Assembly (NCBI RefSeq): GCF_006345805.1
Contig: NC_043007.1
Coordinates: forward strand, 64,728,001 to 64,792,000
Origin: Octopus sinensis
Lineage: Eukaryota
Direction of reading: 5' to 3'
DNA length: 64,000 nt
The notes under the pieces were generated by a model. It was not told where the DNA came from. It saw only the letters and a program-made list of their open reading frames with translations, and did no database searches. This document shows, piece after piece, positions 1 through 11,420 of this stretch. The position numbers and the translations under genes were made by a program. Every line of letters begins with the position of its first letter. The stretch's first letter is position 1.

Positions 1-396
1 ATGTATATATGTATATGTATATATATATGTATGTATATGTATATATATATGTATATGTATATATATATGTATGTATATGTATATATATATGTATGTATAT
101 ATATATGTATATATATGTATATATATATATATGTTTATATATATGTATATACACATGTATATATATATATATACATGTGTGTGTATATATATGTATGTAT
201 ATGTATATATATATCTATATATATGTATATATATATATGTAGATATATATATGTATATGTGTATATATATGTATATATATATCTATTTATATGTATATAT
301 ATATGTAGATATATATATGTATATGTGTACATATGTCTATATATGTATATATATATATATGTATACATATATATGTATGTATATATATATGTACAC

Positions 397-431
<35 letters not shown>

Positions 432-486
432 CCTATACATATATGTATACATACATATATATATATATACATATATGTATACATAC

Positions 487-524
<38 letters not shown>

Positions 525-590
525 CCTATACATATATGTATACATACGTACATATATATATATACCTATACATATATGCATACATACGTG

Positions 591-657
<67 letters not shown>

Positions 658-678
658 ATACATATATGTATACATACG

Positions 679-709
<31 letters not shown>

Positions 710-729
710 ATACATATATGTATACATAC

Positions 730-785
<56 letters not shown>

Positions 786-806
786 ATACATATATGTATA
801 CATACG

Positions 807-837
<31 letters not shown>

Positions 838-886
838 ATATAATATATATATATATATATATACCTATACATATATGTATACATAC

Positions 887-938
<52 letters not shown>

Positions 939-959
939 ATACATATATGTACACATACG

Positions 960-990
<31 letters not shown>

Positions 991-1014
991 ATATCTATAT
1001 AATATATATATATT

Positions 1015-1052
<38 letters not shown>

Positions 1053-1071
1053 CATATATATATGTATATAT

Positions 1072-1120
<49 letters not shown>
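1..1120. repeat. Compound (TA)n microsatellite with embedded higher-order 25-bp unit
   Basis: Near-pure TA dinucleotide. The unit ACCTATACATATATGTATACATACG (with variants) starts at 431, 524, 564, 654, 706, 782, 863 and 935. The overlapping YI/IY-rich ORFs are artefacts. Confidence 0.95.
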
Positions 1121-1124
<4 letters not shown>

Positions 1125-1606
1125 GCACATACTTGCATGCATGCACACACACACCCACGTCTGCATACGCACATACACGCACACATCCACACGCGCGCGC
1201 AAAAAATTCCATATCACGTCTATATACGCACAGGAAAAATGCAGGATGGAAGGTGGAATACAGAAAAATTATGTGTAAAAAATATATGAGCAATAAAACT
1301 ATGAAACAATATCTCTGTAAATATATAAAGAAATATATAAAAAATATATAAGAAATATAAATTAAAAATATATGAGAAATATAAGTAAAAATTATAGAAA
1401 GCTATTAGGTTTGTACGGGGACACAAAAATGACAGATCGGATGGCTTTCTATTATGCGATTACTATAAACATTTTTACTCCCATACCTTTACTTCCTCCC
1501 CTTACTTAGCGGTCATTCTAATAGCTCTTTTGTCTTAAAAACGGTCAATCACACAGTAATTTCCCTTTGTTTAACGGTCATTTTCATAGCATTTTTTCAG
1601 ATGGCC

Positions 1607-1669
1607 TGATAACTGAAGAGATGCCGGCGTGGGTTTCCTCTCCGACATCCGAAACTCGGAGTTTTATCA
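1607..1669 (+). ncRNA. Type I hammerhead ribozyme motif (Penelope pLTR/retrozyme-like)
   Basis: Stem I TGATAA(1607-12)/TTATCA(1664-69); core CTGAAGA(1613-19); stem II GATGCCGG/CCGACATC; GAAA(1651-54); short stem III ACTC-G-GAGT; cleavage triplet GUU (1661-63). Confidence 0.75.
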
Positions 1670-1921
1670 TGGCTACCGAATAATTGTCAAATATTATATT
1701 TACAGATAAATTCCTCTATTTACACAATATCAAAGTCTCTTTCGTTCTTTTGTTGCATTGCCATTTCTATCAATATGTATATATTTGCACACACGCATAT
1801 ATATATATATACACACACATATGTATGTATGCATATATTTACATATGTACGTATATATATATATGCATGTATATATATATTATATATATGTATGCATATA
1901 TTTACATATGTATATATATAT

Positions 1922-2980
1922 TTAGCACAATCCCTTCCTGCATCTTCCAGATGTATATTACTGCATATCTCTCCTGTCTTCACTCCAGAGAATAGGGTCT
2001 TAGCTGTTTCAGCGTTTTCCAGTAGCTGAGCTGTTGCAATGAGACGATCTTCTTTGTGAAGCTTCGCTGGATTGCGTGAAGGTCCGCTGTTAATTTTAAA
2101 TTGTGGGTTGACCATAGCTGGGAGCAGTAGTCTAGGCGGCTGAAGACGAATGTCATCCAGAGGACCATCATACTTTCCTTCTCTCTGGTTCTGAAGGAAC
2201 TCAGGATCCATCCATCCAGCCGTCTGCACTTTGTTGCCATCTTGGTAATGTGCACTTGGAAAGAGGTATCATCACTCTTTCCAATACTGCACTAATTTAG
2301 GTTCTGTGGGCTAGTGGGCCCTATAAGTTTTACATTCAGTTTTTGGCGCTGGTGGCCCTGGCCTTGGAATTTTCCAGCATTAAACATGCATATTATTGTT
2401 CTCAGGCCATCTGTAAATTGAGTCCAATTCCTGCTATAAGTGTACAACATGGCTAGGCTTGTATTGTCAGTGAGACTTTCGTATGATCTGTGTAGTTTGC
2501 AAGGATGGCTATCTGGGAAGCTGAAGACATATCTCTGAGGGCTACTATGAAAAGCAGTGGTCCCAAGACAGTGCCCTGTGGAGCACCACTCACTATTTGT
2601 GTTTTCTTTGAGGTGGCTCAATTGGCCACCACTGCCTGACATCTATCTTGCAGAAAGTCAGGTCAGCTACTGCACAATCTTTTACGCCATGCACAAACAA
2701 AAAAACTCATGCTCAGCTACTGCCTTGCGTATAACATCTGAAGAACACATTGCATTTGCAGATTTCCCCTTTGGAGACGATTATTGCCTTTCCTCAAGGA
2801 AGTATTTCTCCTTAAGGCTCTGTAGTTTTGACAGGGTCTCAGTGAACAAACTAGCAATTTGTTCTGTCTCCCCAATGCCAACATTTGCCTTGCAGGTAAA
2901 ATTTGCATGTGCTCGTCTTTACTCCATTTTCTTTCTCTACTCAACAGTTTCAGATTACATTGGAGTTGTTTTTTGAGTTG
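1922..2980 (-). mobile_element. Decayed CR1/L2-type LINE ORF2 fragment (RT C-terminal region)
   Basis: Minus strand reads [67 protein letters not shown], typical post-RT CR1-group motifs (LDYC..W; YSLERRRERY). Upstream part is frameshifted and less certain. Confidence 0.7.
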
Positions 2981-3362
2981 TTTTTTGTTTGGTGGTTTGG
3001 GGTTTCGGTTTTAGTTTTAGTTTTTTAATCTTTTCTCTTTCTTTTATCACCCTTTCCTTCTTTATGTTTGTGCTTGTGGTCTTTCCTTCCTTTACGGGTG
3101 GTAGCACTTGCATTCCTCTAGTTTTCTATAAGAGTGAAGGCTCCATTCTTTTGTGGAACCATTGGCACAGAGAGGCTTCTGGTCGTTGATTCTTCATTTT
3201 CCCTATCCTTATCAGCCTAGTTGTTCACAGGGGTGGGGATCCATTCTTTTGTGGGATCAATGAATCAGAGAGACTTCTGGTTCTGGCTTCATCTTCCCTA
3301 TCCCTATCAGTCTTGCCATTGTTATTTTCTATGATGACATCAAGAGTGTCAATGTGTGGTCT

Positions 3363-3364
<2 letters not shown>

Positions 3365-3394
<30 letters not shown>

Positions 3395-3466
3395 TGTATG
3401 TATGTATGTATGTATGTATGTATGTATGTGTGTGTGTTTGTGTATATATATGTATATATATGTATG

Positions 3467-3506
<40 letters not shown>
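3365..3506. repeat. (TATG)n then (TA)n microsatellite
   Basis: Direct reading of tandem ATGT units followed by TA units. Confidence 0.9.
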
Positions 3507-3510
<4 letters not shown>

Positions 3511-3781
3511 CGAATACATACATATATATGTATAGGAACTTATGTATGCAGATACACATGTGTATATATATACATAAATATACGTACAAATCATAGGTAA
3601 ATATGTATTTATATATATGTACATAATGGAGACATTATACAAAATGTATAGATGATGACCAAAGCACCGGCACAGCATCGATAACCTGTTGTTATCCGTA
3701 GATTTATTGCACGAACTTCGTAGTGGCGGTGGGGGTAACAATATTAATAAAATAGATGGAATGAGTAAAATGTTTTATTAG

Positions 3782-3824
3782 GTACGACATACGTTTCGTT
3801 CCGTTCTGGGTCTCTTCGGGTACA
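3782..3824 (-). ncRNA. Degenerate or variant type I hammerhead motif (CCGAAGA core)
   Basis: Reverse complement reads GTAC-CCGAAGA-GACCCAGAACGGAAC-GAAA-CGTATG-TC-GTAC, followed by AATAAA. It has a 4-bp stem I, near-palindromic stem III ACGTATGT and a GUC cleavage triplet. U4 is C and stem II is imperfect. Confidence 0.55.
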
Positions 3825-4450
3825 CCATTAACAAAAATCGTACTAGAGATTTTCTGATTCGGTTTCTATGTACCACTATATGTCCACCAACTTCGAGAAT
3901 GTGTAAAAAACAGAAAAAGTTGAAACGCAAAAAATTCAAATATGAACGTGAAAATTATACATTCTACTTTAGAGAAATTGACGCAATGAACCTTCGCTGT
4001 TGTAACTGTTAAGAGAAAGAAAAGGATGTAGAAGTTGAAAGGAAGATAATACTTGGACGGAATTTTTTTGTGTTCGTGCTTAGATGCACATATACATACA
4101 CAGATACATATATACACGCACATATACGCGCTCACACACACACATCCAAGTATATGGGTATATACATACAACTAGATACACGCGCATACTCACACGCATG
4201 AACGAATACATACATATATATGTATAGAAACGTGTATGCAGGTACACACGCGTATATATACATAAATATACGTACACAGCATAGTAAATATGTGCATATA
4301 TTTGTACGTAAAACAAGATGCAGACAACTATGCACAGTTTGACACACACACGTGTTAATACACTCACGTATACACAAATTCACACTAATATGTACATACA
4401 CCTACGAAAAACGCAAATGCGCACAGATGAATATGTAGATGTATATATCT

Positions 4451-4454
4451 CTAC

Positions 4455-4536
<82 letters not shown>
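4451..4536. repeat. (TATC)n tetranucleotide microsatellite
   Basis: Perfect tandem CTAT units. Confidence 0.95.
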
Positions 4537-4538
<2 letters not shown>

Positions 4539-4789
4539 ATGCACATATACACACACGCACATACATACACACACATATACATATATACAAACACTCACGT
4601 ACACATATATGCACATACAGAAATATACACACACATACATATATTATATATGCATATACATACATACATACATACATACATACATACATACATACATGCA
4701 CACACACACACACATATTTACATATATGAATCTAGATTGCTAGATCATATGTCAAATACAAGTTATTCAATTATAATTCCTTAAGTTCA

Positions 4790-5555
4790 TGTGTATTAAG
4801 AGTTGTGGGTGCCATGTATATATCAAGTTATATATGGTCTGGATTGTAATATGTGAATGTGTGTTTAGCTGCGTGTACGCATCTGGGTAATTGTTCAGTG
4901 AATTTCTCCTCGGAGCATAATTGGCATTTGCGGTATATAGTGTTGTAGGGACTCGCGTGTCAAAGTATGGACCTTGTAAGGTCGTATTTTGTCTTTGCTT
5001 TCTTAAGCCTGCATATAAAATCGGCCGGCGATGTGGTTGCGGTATCATTTTTGAAAAATATCAGCTAATGGCGATATATATACGTAGGGGCCTCCACTAG
5101 TGTTTATAGTGCACTTGTATACCACATTCTTAGTCATACATTGGTTATCCAAAGGGCAACTGGATCAATCTCTGCATGAGCATAACTGTTTGATTTTGTT
5201 GGCTTGTGTACATCGAGAGCTGGAGGTATTGGTTCTGTTCGGTATTTTGCTTGTCAATATTATCGTTTTATTATCACTAGGTGTTCTTAGTTTATGATTT
5301 GAATTATTACTGGTGTTGGTTTTTGGATGGTTATCATGGATATTGTAATTATTGCTCTGTTGGTTGGTAGTATAATTTGAGTTATAAACGTTGTTTTTAG
5401 GTTGATCATATGAGTTATGGTTGATGTCAAGAAGGTTATTTTGAGTGCTGACTAATCTTCGCCTCAGTTTACGGTTGTTAATCTTATGAATATGGTCCTC
5501 TAAGTTTGATGTATTTGCATAGGATAGTTTTAAAGTGTGATGGTTGAATATTTTG
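4790..5555 (-). mobile_element. Penelope-like retroelement remnant: linker plus C-terminal GIY-YIG endonuclease
   Basis: Minus strand gives [18 protein letters not shown]...CSCRD*SSCPLDNQCMTKNVVYKCTINTSGGPYVYIA, then PYNTIYRKCQLCSEEKF after a frameshift. This is the Cys-rich linker and the VVY...YIG-type GIY-YIG motif of EN+ PLEs, with stops and frameshifts. Confidence 0.8.
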
Positions 5556-5559
5556 CTGT

Positions 5560-5657
5560 ACACTCCATATGTATATATATATATGTATAAATATGTATAT
5601 ATATGTGTGTGTGTATATATATGACTGTGTGTGTGTATATACATGTATATGTATATA

Positions 5658-5709
<52 letters not shown>

Positions 5710-5750
5710 TATGCATATATATATATAATGTATATATATGTATATATGCA

Positions 5751-5785
<35 letters not shown>

Positions 5786-5932
5786 GTGTGTGTATGTGTG
5801 TGAATATATATGTATATTTATATATATATATGTCTATATATGTATGTATGCATATATATAAGTATATATACATATGTATATATGTATATATTTATGTATA
5901 TGTATACTTATGTATGTATGTATTTATGTATG

Positions 5933-5975
<43 letters not shown>

Positions 5976-6041
5976 TAGCATTAAAGACCCGTCGTTACCG
6001 GGTCATAGTGCTAGTGCATGTATATATGTGTACATATTACA

Positions 6042-6101
<60 letters not shown>

Positions 6102-6110
6102 TATACACAC
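5560..6110. repeat. Compound (TA)n/(TATG)n low-complexity tract
   Basis: Direct reading; it truncates the PLE remnant at its 5' side. Confidence 0.9.
5974..6015. mobile_element. Tiny palindromic element resembling a Helitron 3' terminus
   Basis: ACTAGCA...TGCTAGT outer inverted repeat and GACCCG/CGGGTC inner stem, embedded in (TA)n. Confidence 0.45.
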
Positions 6111-6175
6111 ACATAGAATACAAAATACAAAGTTATATCTTGATATAGCTAGTGATAACAATACTCAAAATATAT

Positions 6176-6535
6176 AACAGACTGGAATTGTTAGCCCGTC
6201 TCTTGTAATTTCGATCAATTGTATCTTGTCCTCCCTCTTGTATAGAAGTGTGGCTACAATCCAGCCTACCTCTACTTCTGGGGGGTGGTGGGCATTAAAA
6301 TTTTTTTCCCGGACGTCCTACGTTCCAGATATAAAGGTAAAAATAAAATATTTCCACTTTGCAAGTTCGAGTCGAGTACTCGCTCCGTTGACTCGAACCT
6401 TGCTTCTATTGTGGCGAATTTACCGCCTCCGATTAGATATCTTTCATAGTCGCATCAAGACACTTTTCGAAGGTGCTTTCCTCCATGTGTTCAAATCTGC
6501 TTTTTTCTCTACATTGTATACTTTATAGACAATAG
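6176..6535 (-). pseudogene. Decayed L1/Tx1-type ORF1 remnant, homologous to the 7333 ORF
   Basis: Minus strand across frameshifts gives RYLIGGGKFATI...SNLQSGNILFLPLYLERRT and PPEVEVGWIVATLLYKREDKIQLIEI. These align by eye with IYLTRGSTFGTV...TIRSKEVVLLPTYRG...PPEIDVTWVADAVLFGNEDNIV of the 7333 ORF. Confidence 0.6.
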
Positions 6536-6842
6536 TCTTTTCTTTAATTTAATTTTTTTTATTATCCATCTGGACTATTCCATTTCTGCACGCTAATTTT
6601 ATTTTTAATTTATTCCCATTCATGTGAAACCACTTATTCAAGTTCAAGTCATTGATGCAATTTTATACCAATTGCTATTTTTACTTTTGTCATGTTACGA
6701 TTATATTATACTTTAGTTTGATTTTAATTATTACTTACTACATATAATTCAATTGTTATTATTATTCTTATTGTGAAAGTGAAAGTATCTAATTTAAAAT
6801 AGAGAAATGTTTTTGTTTCACTTTTAACACGTAATACTGAAA

Positions 6843-7097
6843 TAGTGGAGAAGATATGATATTGCTATGGGCTCGCTCTAGGCAAGAAGTTGAACATTTT
6901 TTCTGCCCATAAAACTACATGGACCCTAAGTAAGGCATGTGTAAAATTTGAATGAAATTGGTTGTGTAGTTCTCAAGTTTTAGGGAATCGTAGTGGTGAC
7001 AATATGATATTGCTGTGGGCTCGCCCGAGGCAAAAAGTTAAAATTTTTTTTTGCCGATGACACTCCCCGGACCCTAAGTAAGGCATGTGTAAAATTG
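6843..7097 (+). repeat. Tandem ~150-bp unit (1.7 copies), probably the internal core of a non-autonomous Helentron-like element
   Basis: ATATGATATTGCT.TGGGCTCGC and GGACCCTAAGTAAGGCATGTGTAAAATT each occur twice about 150 bp apart. Confidence 0.6.
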
Positions 7098-7154
7098 TAT
7101 GTATTTATATATATGAATATATGTATATATTTATATATATTTATATATTTATGT

Positions 7155-7230
7155 AGGAGTGGCTGTGTGGTAAGTAGCTTCCGGGTTCAGTCCCACTGCG
7201 TGACACCTTGGGCAAGTGTCTTCTACTATA
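7155..7230 (+). mobile_element. 5' part of tRNA-derived CORE-type SINE (internally deleted)
   Basis: GGAGTGGCTGTGTGGTAAG...GGGTTCAGTCCC (A/B boxes), then CACCTTGGGCAAGTGTCTTCTACTATA (CORE-like). Same family as 61166-61325. Confidence 0.75.
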
Positions 7231-7332
7231 CTGAAAACAGTTATAGTTACTCAGACATGTCATCGTCCGAGGAGTAGTTGTTGGAGGCAGATAAGATAAT
7301 GGACCAGAAACTGATAAAAGAGAAGAGGAATT

Positions 7333-8049
7333 TTGTTGATGCAGCAAGGTGCAAGGAAAAAGAAGTGGATATCAGGGAATTCGGAAATGAACCGAGATGG
7401 GTTCGAAGTGAAGATGTCGCCCCCGCAAGAGGTTAAAAACGGAATAAGGGAAAAGACGATAATCTATCGAACCTTTTCAATTAATAAAGGAAGAATAGAC
7501 ATCATCATGACAGAACAAATAGAAAAGGCGTTAAAGCAGATTTGGGAAGACGTAATATACCTGACTAGAGGCTCAACATTTGGAACTGTATGGTTTCGTA
7601 ATGCAGCAGCAGCAACAGCAGCAAGGAAACATGCAGCGTCGACAATTCGGAGCAAAGAAGTAGTGCTTTTGCCCACGTATAGAGGCATGGGAGCAACAAG
7701 AGTCACAGTTGAAGGAATCCCACCGGAGATTGATGTGACCTGGGTGGCAGATGCGGTCCTCTTTGGTAATGAGGACAACATAGTGGTGCTCCAGGCCAAG
7801 AAAAAAGAGTGCATCAACTGGAGAGATCAATCACTGGAGATGATAGTCCAGGGTTCAAAAGAAACGATGGAAAAGATTACGGAAACAATAATTATGGAAG
7901 AAACAATTATAACTGTCAGGGTGGAAGGAAGGGTTCCATGCTGCTTTAAATGTGGTCTGAAGGGACACATAAGAGCAGAATGTACATCAAAGCCAAAAAA
8001 AAAAAAAAAACAGAGGAAAAGCGACCAGAAAATACAGAAGAAAAGATAG
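7333..8049 (+). pseudogene. Retroelement ORF1p (gag-like nucleic-acid-binding protein with zinc knuckle), frameshifted
   Basis: CFKCGLKGHIRAEC is a CX2CX4HX4C zinc knuckle, preceded by an RRM-like region (TRVTVEGIPPEI). The frame shifts in the poly-A run near 7995-8010. Confidence 0.75.
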
Positions 8050-8468
8050 AAGAGAGCCGCAGAAAGGAAGTAACCGAAAAAGAAAAGGAAGTAGTGGAAA
8101 TAGAAAAAATAAATGGGAAAAAACGACAGGAAGAAAACGAGAAAAGGCGAGTGAACTAAACTGTAAACCCCGTTCCACACCCATCCCACCCACACCCTTT
8201 CAGACCCACCCACTCCCTGCAGACACTAGGCTTATCCATTCCCGTCTGACACAAAAACAAGAGGCAAACACATACAAAGAAACCCAAAACCCCTCCTCCA
8301 AGTTAAAAAAGAGAAGGAAAAAGTGTAGGATTTATATGTTGCTTAGCGACGAACTGTTAAGGGATTTGGCGGAATGGGACATAAAGTGTATTGGAACTGC
8401 GGGGTATGATAACGTGGAGGAACATCACTTGTGTGTAATACCCGATAAGAAGCTGGAGGAAAAAATAC

Positions 8469-8611
8469 AAGAGTATATGGTTGGATTTTATTTTTGGGAA
8501 GTGGACTGCAGCTGGAGCTCATTCCCAGACTTTACTACGTACTAGTAAAGTCTGGGAATGAGCTCCAGCTGCAGTCCACTTCCCAAAAATAAAATCCAAC
8601 CATATACTCTT
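8469..8611. repeat. Perfect inverted repeat, 69-bp arms with 5-nt loop
   Basis: 8469-8537 is the exact reverse complement of 8543-8611; loop is CGTAC. Confidence 0.97.
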
Positions 8612-8829
8612 AGAGGTTAGAGGAAACAAGCATCGATGTGTTGGAAGGTTTAGAATTTAAAAAGTAGAAAATGAAGCAACTCGTAAGTGGGGCGAGTGGT
8701 TCCAATCCATTTTTCATATTCATGTCTTCATACGTTATAATATTCATTTCTATTTTTTATATATGTTTTATGTCTTACATGTTTTGTTTTGTCACCTCTG
8801 TGTTAACCCGCATGGGTAATAAAAAAACA

Positions 8830-8986
8830 GATCCCAAAATCTAATCAGTTCGTGCCAGTCACGAGGTCAAACATCCCTGAAAGTTTCATCCGAATCTATC
8901 CAGCGGTTGAGATATCTTGTCCACGGACAAACAAACAAACATGACTGAAAACAATACCTCTGCCTTCGCTAAAGGAGGAGGTAATA
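8830..8986 (+). mobile_element. 3' end of non-autonomous Helentron-like (HINE/DINE-1-type) element
   Basis: (CAAA)n microsatellite followed by terminal hairpin TACCTCTGCCTT...AAAGGAGGAGGTA, the layout typical of these elements. Confidence 0.5.
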
Positions 8987-8999
8987 ATGATACGGCAAA

Positions 9000-9415
9000 T
9001 ATTTTGCTTGTCAGTTATTTGACTTAACCAGTTGAGCATGTCCCTTAGCAGTTGACGATATGTGCATCTCTGATCACGAGCAGAAGTAATGGGAGAGTAT
9101 CATAGCTATGAGTTGAGAGGAATTCTTTTGGGTTTGAATTTTTTACGTCTACAAACATGAATGTTTCATTCAACATCCTTAAACAAACCTTATTCAGGGA
9201 CTGTTGAGTGGGATGAACTACTCGACTTGAAGAAAATTCTAACTGGGCCCCACCTGCAAGGTCATGCGGTGTTTATTTTGATATGAGATCATGGTTGTGA
9301 TGCATGTGCCTGGTGTACTCATATCAGACGTGTAGTCATGATAGGTACTGGGCTTCGTATATTTTACTCTAGTGTCACTTTGATGGCATGCACTGCTCTT
9401 TCATTGAATAATAGC

Positions 9416-9462
<47 letters not shown>

Positions 9463-9465
9463 CGA
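9000..9465 (+). mobile_element. Interspersed repeat ending in (TAA)n tail, with an inverted copy at 19735-20178
   Basis: GAAGAAAATTCTAACTGGGCCCCACCTGCAAGGTCATGCG and flanks match the reverse complement of ~19770-19830. Ends in (AAT)n. Confidence 0.7.
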
Positions 9466-9815
9466 TGATGATTGCTACCATTATTAGTGTGTTATTATTT
9501 AATTGAACTGATTTTACTACACGACTAGTATTTTCTCAGCCTTCAAGGATCGATCGGTATATATGAATTGTATATGTTCGTGTGTGTACATACACACATA
9601 CATCCTTACGTACACACACACACACACACACACACAGAGTTCAACCAGGACCCAAACACAAACTAATGAACAAGCACACATATATAGATACGCACATAGA
9701 CATGAATTGAGCCAGAATCGGGACCTGCTATTGCTGCTGAACACCAAACAGTATTAGTAATGATGATGATACTGTGATGACAACACTTACTCATACATAC
9801 ACACAGACGCGCAGA

Positions 9816-9855
<40 letters not shown>

Positions 9856-10965
9856 GTGTGTGTGTGTGTGTGAGCATCTTTCTTTTTCTTTCTTTCTTTC
9901 TTTCTTTCTTTCTCCCCCTCTCTCCACCTATCTATCTGTCTATCCATCACTCTATAGCTGAGCTGAGAATATTACAGGAGTCACTACTCTAAGGCCTAGC
10001 ATATTGGGCCAAATAATCACAGCTAATAATGGTTTATTAATACTTTGTGTATTTTCTTTTATTGAATTCTTTATTTCCTGTTTATAAAACGCACCTCTTT
10101 CTCTCTCACTCTCTCTCTTTCCCACTCAAGCACACACAAAATACATCCAATTACAAACATACACATATAGATAGCTATTAGATCGAAATTGTCATCAATA
10201 GGAGTGTGAAAGCCAACGATGTAGCCACACACACACACAACACCGCCACAACGATCGACATTGTTGAGCAACCTACCATCATTAACAATAACATGGTTTT
10301 GTGTGAGAATGTGTGGGTGTGTGTGTATGAGAGAGCGAGCTAGAGAGAGAAGTTGGTGTAATAGTGCGCACGAACACAAGCTCACACACATATATTCGAA
10401 CACAGGACCATACACGCGCGCACACACGTAGACACATACATATGTATACATATATAAATATGCTAAGACTAGAAGTGTATCTGTTATTGCTAAGCAGTAA
10501 TCAAATCATTATCAATGACTGTATAAAGCTGTATACATCTGTGTGTGTGTGTGTGTGTATGTGTGTGTGTGTGTGAGAGAGAGGGAGAGAGAGAGAGATG
10601 CTGTATACAGCAGCGCCATCTCTATCGATGACGTGTTCTGTTCTCTAGCCAGACTGTCGCAGTGTAATCAATAAAGCTTGCACATTGGCTGCCAGCTTCG
10701 CAACTACACTGCACACAAACTGCATTTTGGTAAATTTCATCGATTTGCCTATCTACCTAGCTTACTACGTACCTACTTGCTTACCTATCTTCCTAGCATT
10801 ATACATAACCATCTAATCTTTCCTCATATCTACTAATACATCTATCTACTTATGTACTGACCTATTTCCCTACCAACTTACCTCCTTGTACATACATATG
10901 TCGATCCATTTACCTCTCGGTACATGCATATGTCCACCAAATTGCCTACTTATCAAATAACCGTC

Positions 10966-11420
<455 letters not shown>

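Larger units (their letters stand above)
7232..8829 (+). mobile_element. Non-LTR retroelement carrying only a gag-like ORF1 (L1/Tx1 type) and a poly(A)-signal 3' end
   Basis: Contains the 7333-8049 ORF with a CCHC knuckle, a Lys/Glu-rich continuation after an A-run frameshift, a further ORF at 8336-8545, and then an AT-rich 3'UTR ending GGGTAATAAAAAAA. No endonuclease or RT sequence lies between ORF1 and the tail. Confidence 0.55.

Noticed and set aside
1-1351. Long ORFs (up to 426 aa) rich in YI/IY/CV/TH/LS/RE dipeptides here and throughout the window
   Set aside because: They are translations of (TA)n, (CA)n, (GA)n and (TATC)n microsatellites, which lack stop codons in some frames.
5040-5170. 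In-frame TGA codons in the PLE endonuclease remnant as possible selenocysteine (known in some Naiad PLEs)
   Set aside because: The TGAs are not at conserved Cys positions, the copy also has frameshifts, and the domain order is RT-then-EN. Ordinary decay is more likely.
10596-10630. GCTGTATACAGC palindrome and adjacent CAGCGCCATCTCT (CTCF-like) motif
   Set aside because: Short motifs are expected by chance in 64 kb and have no independent support.
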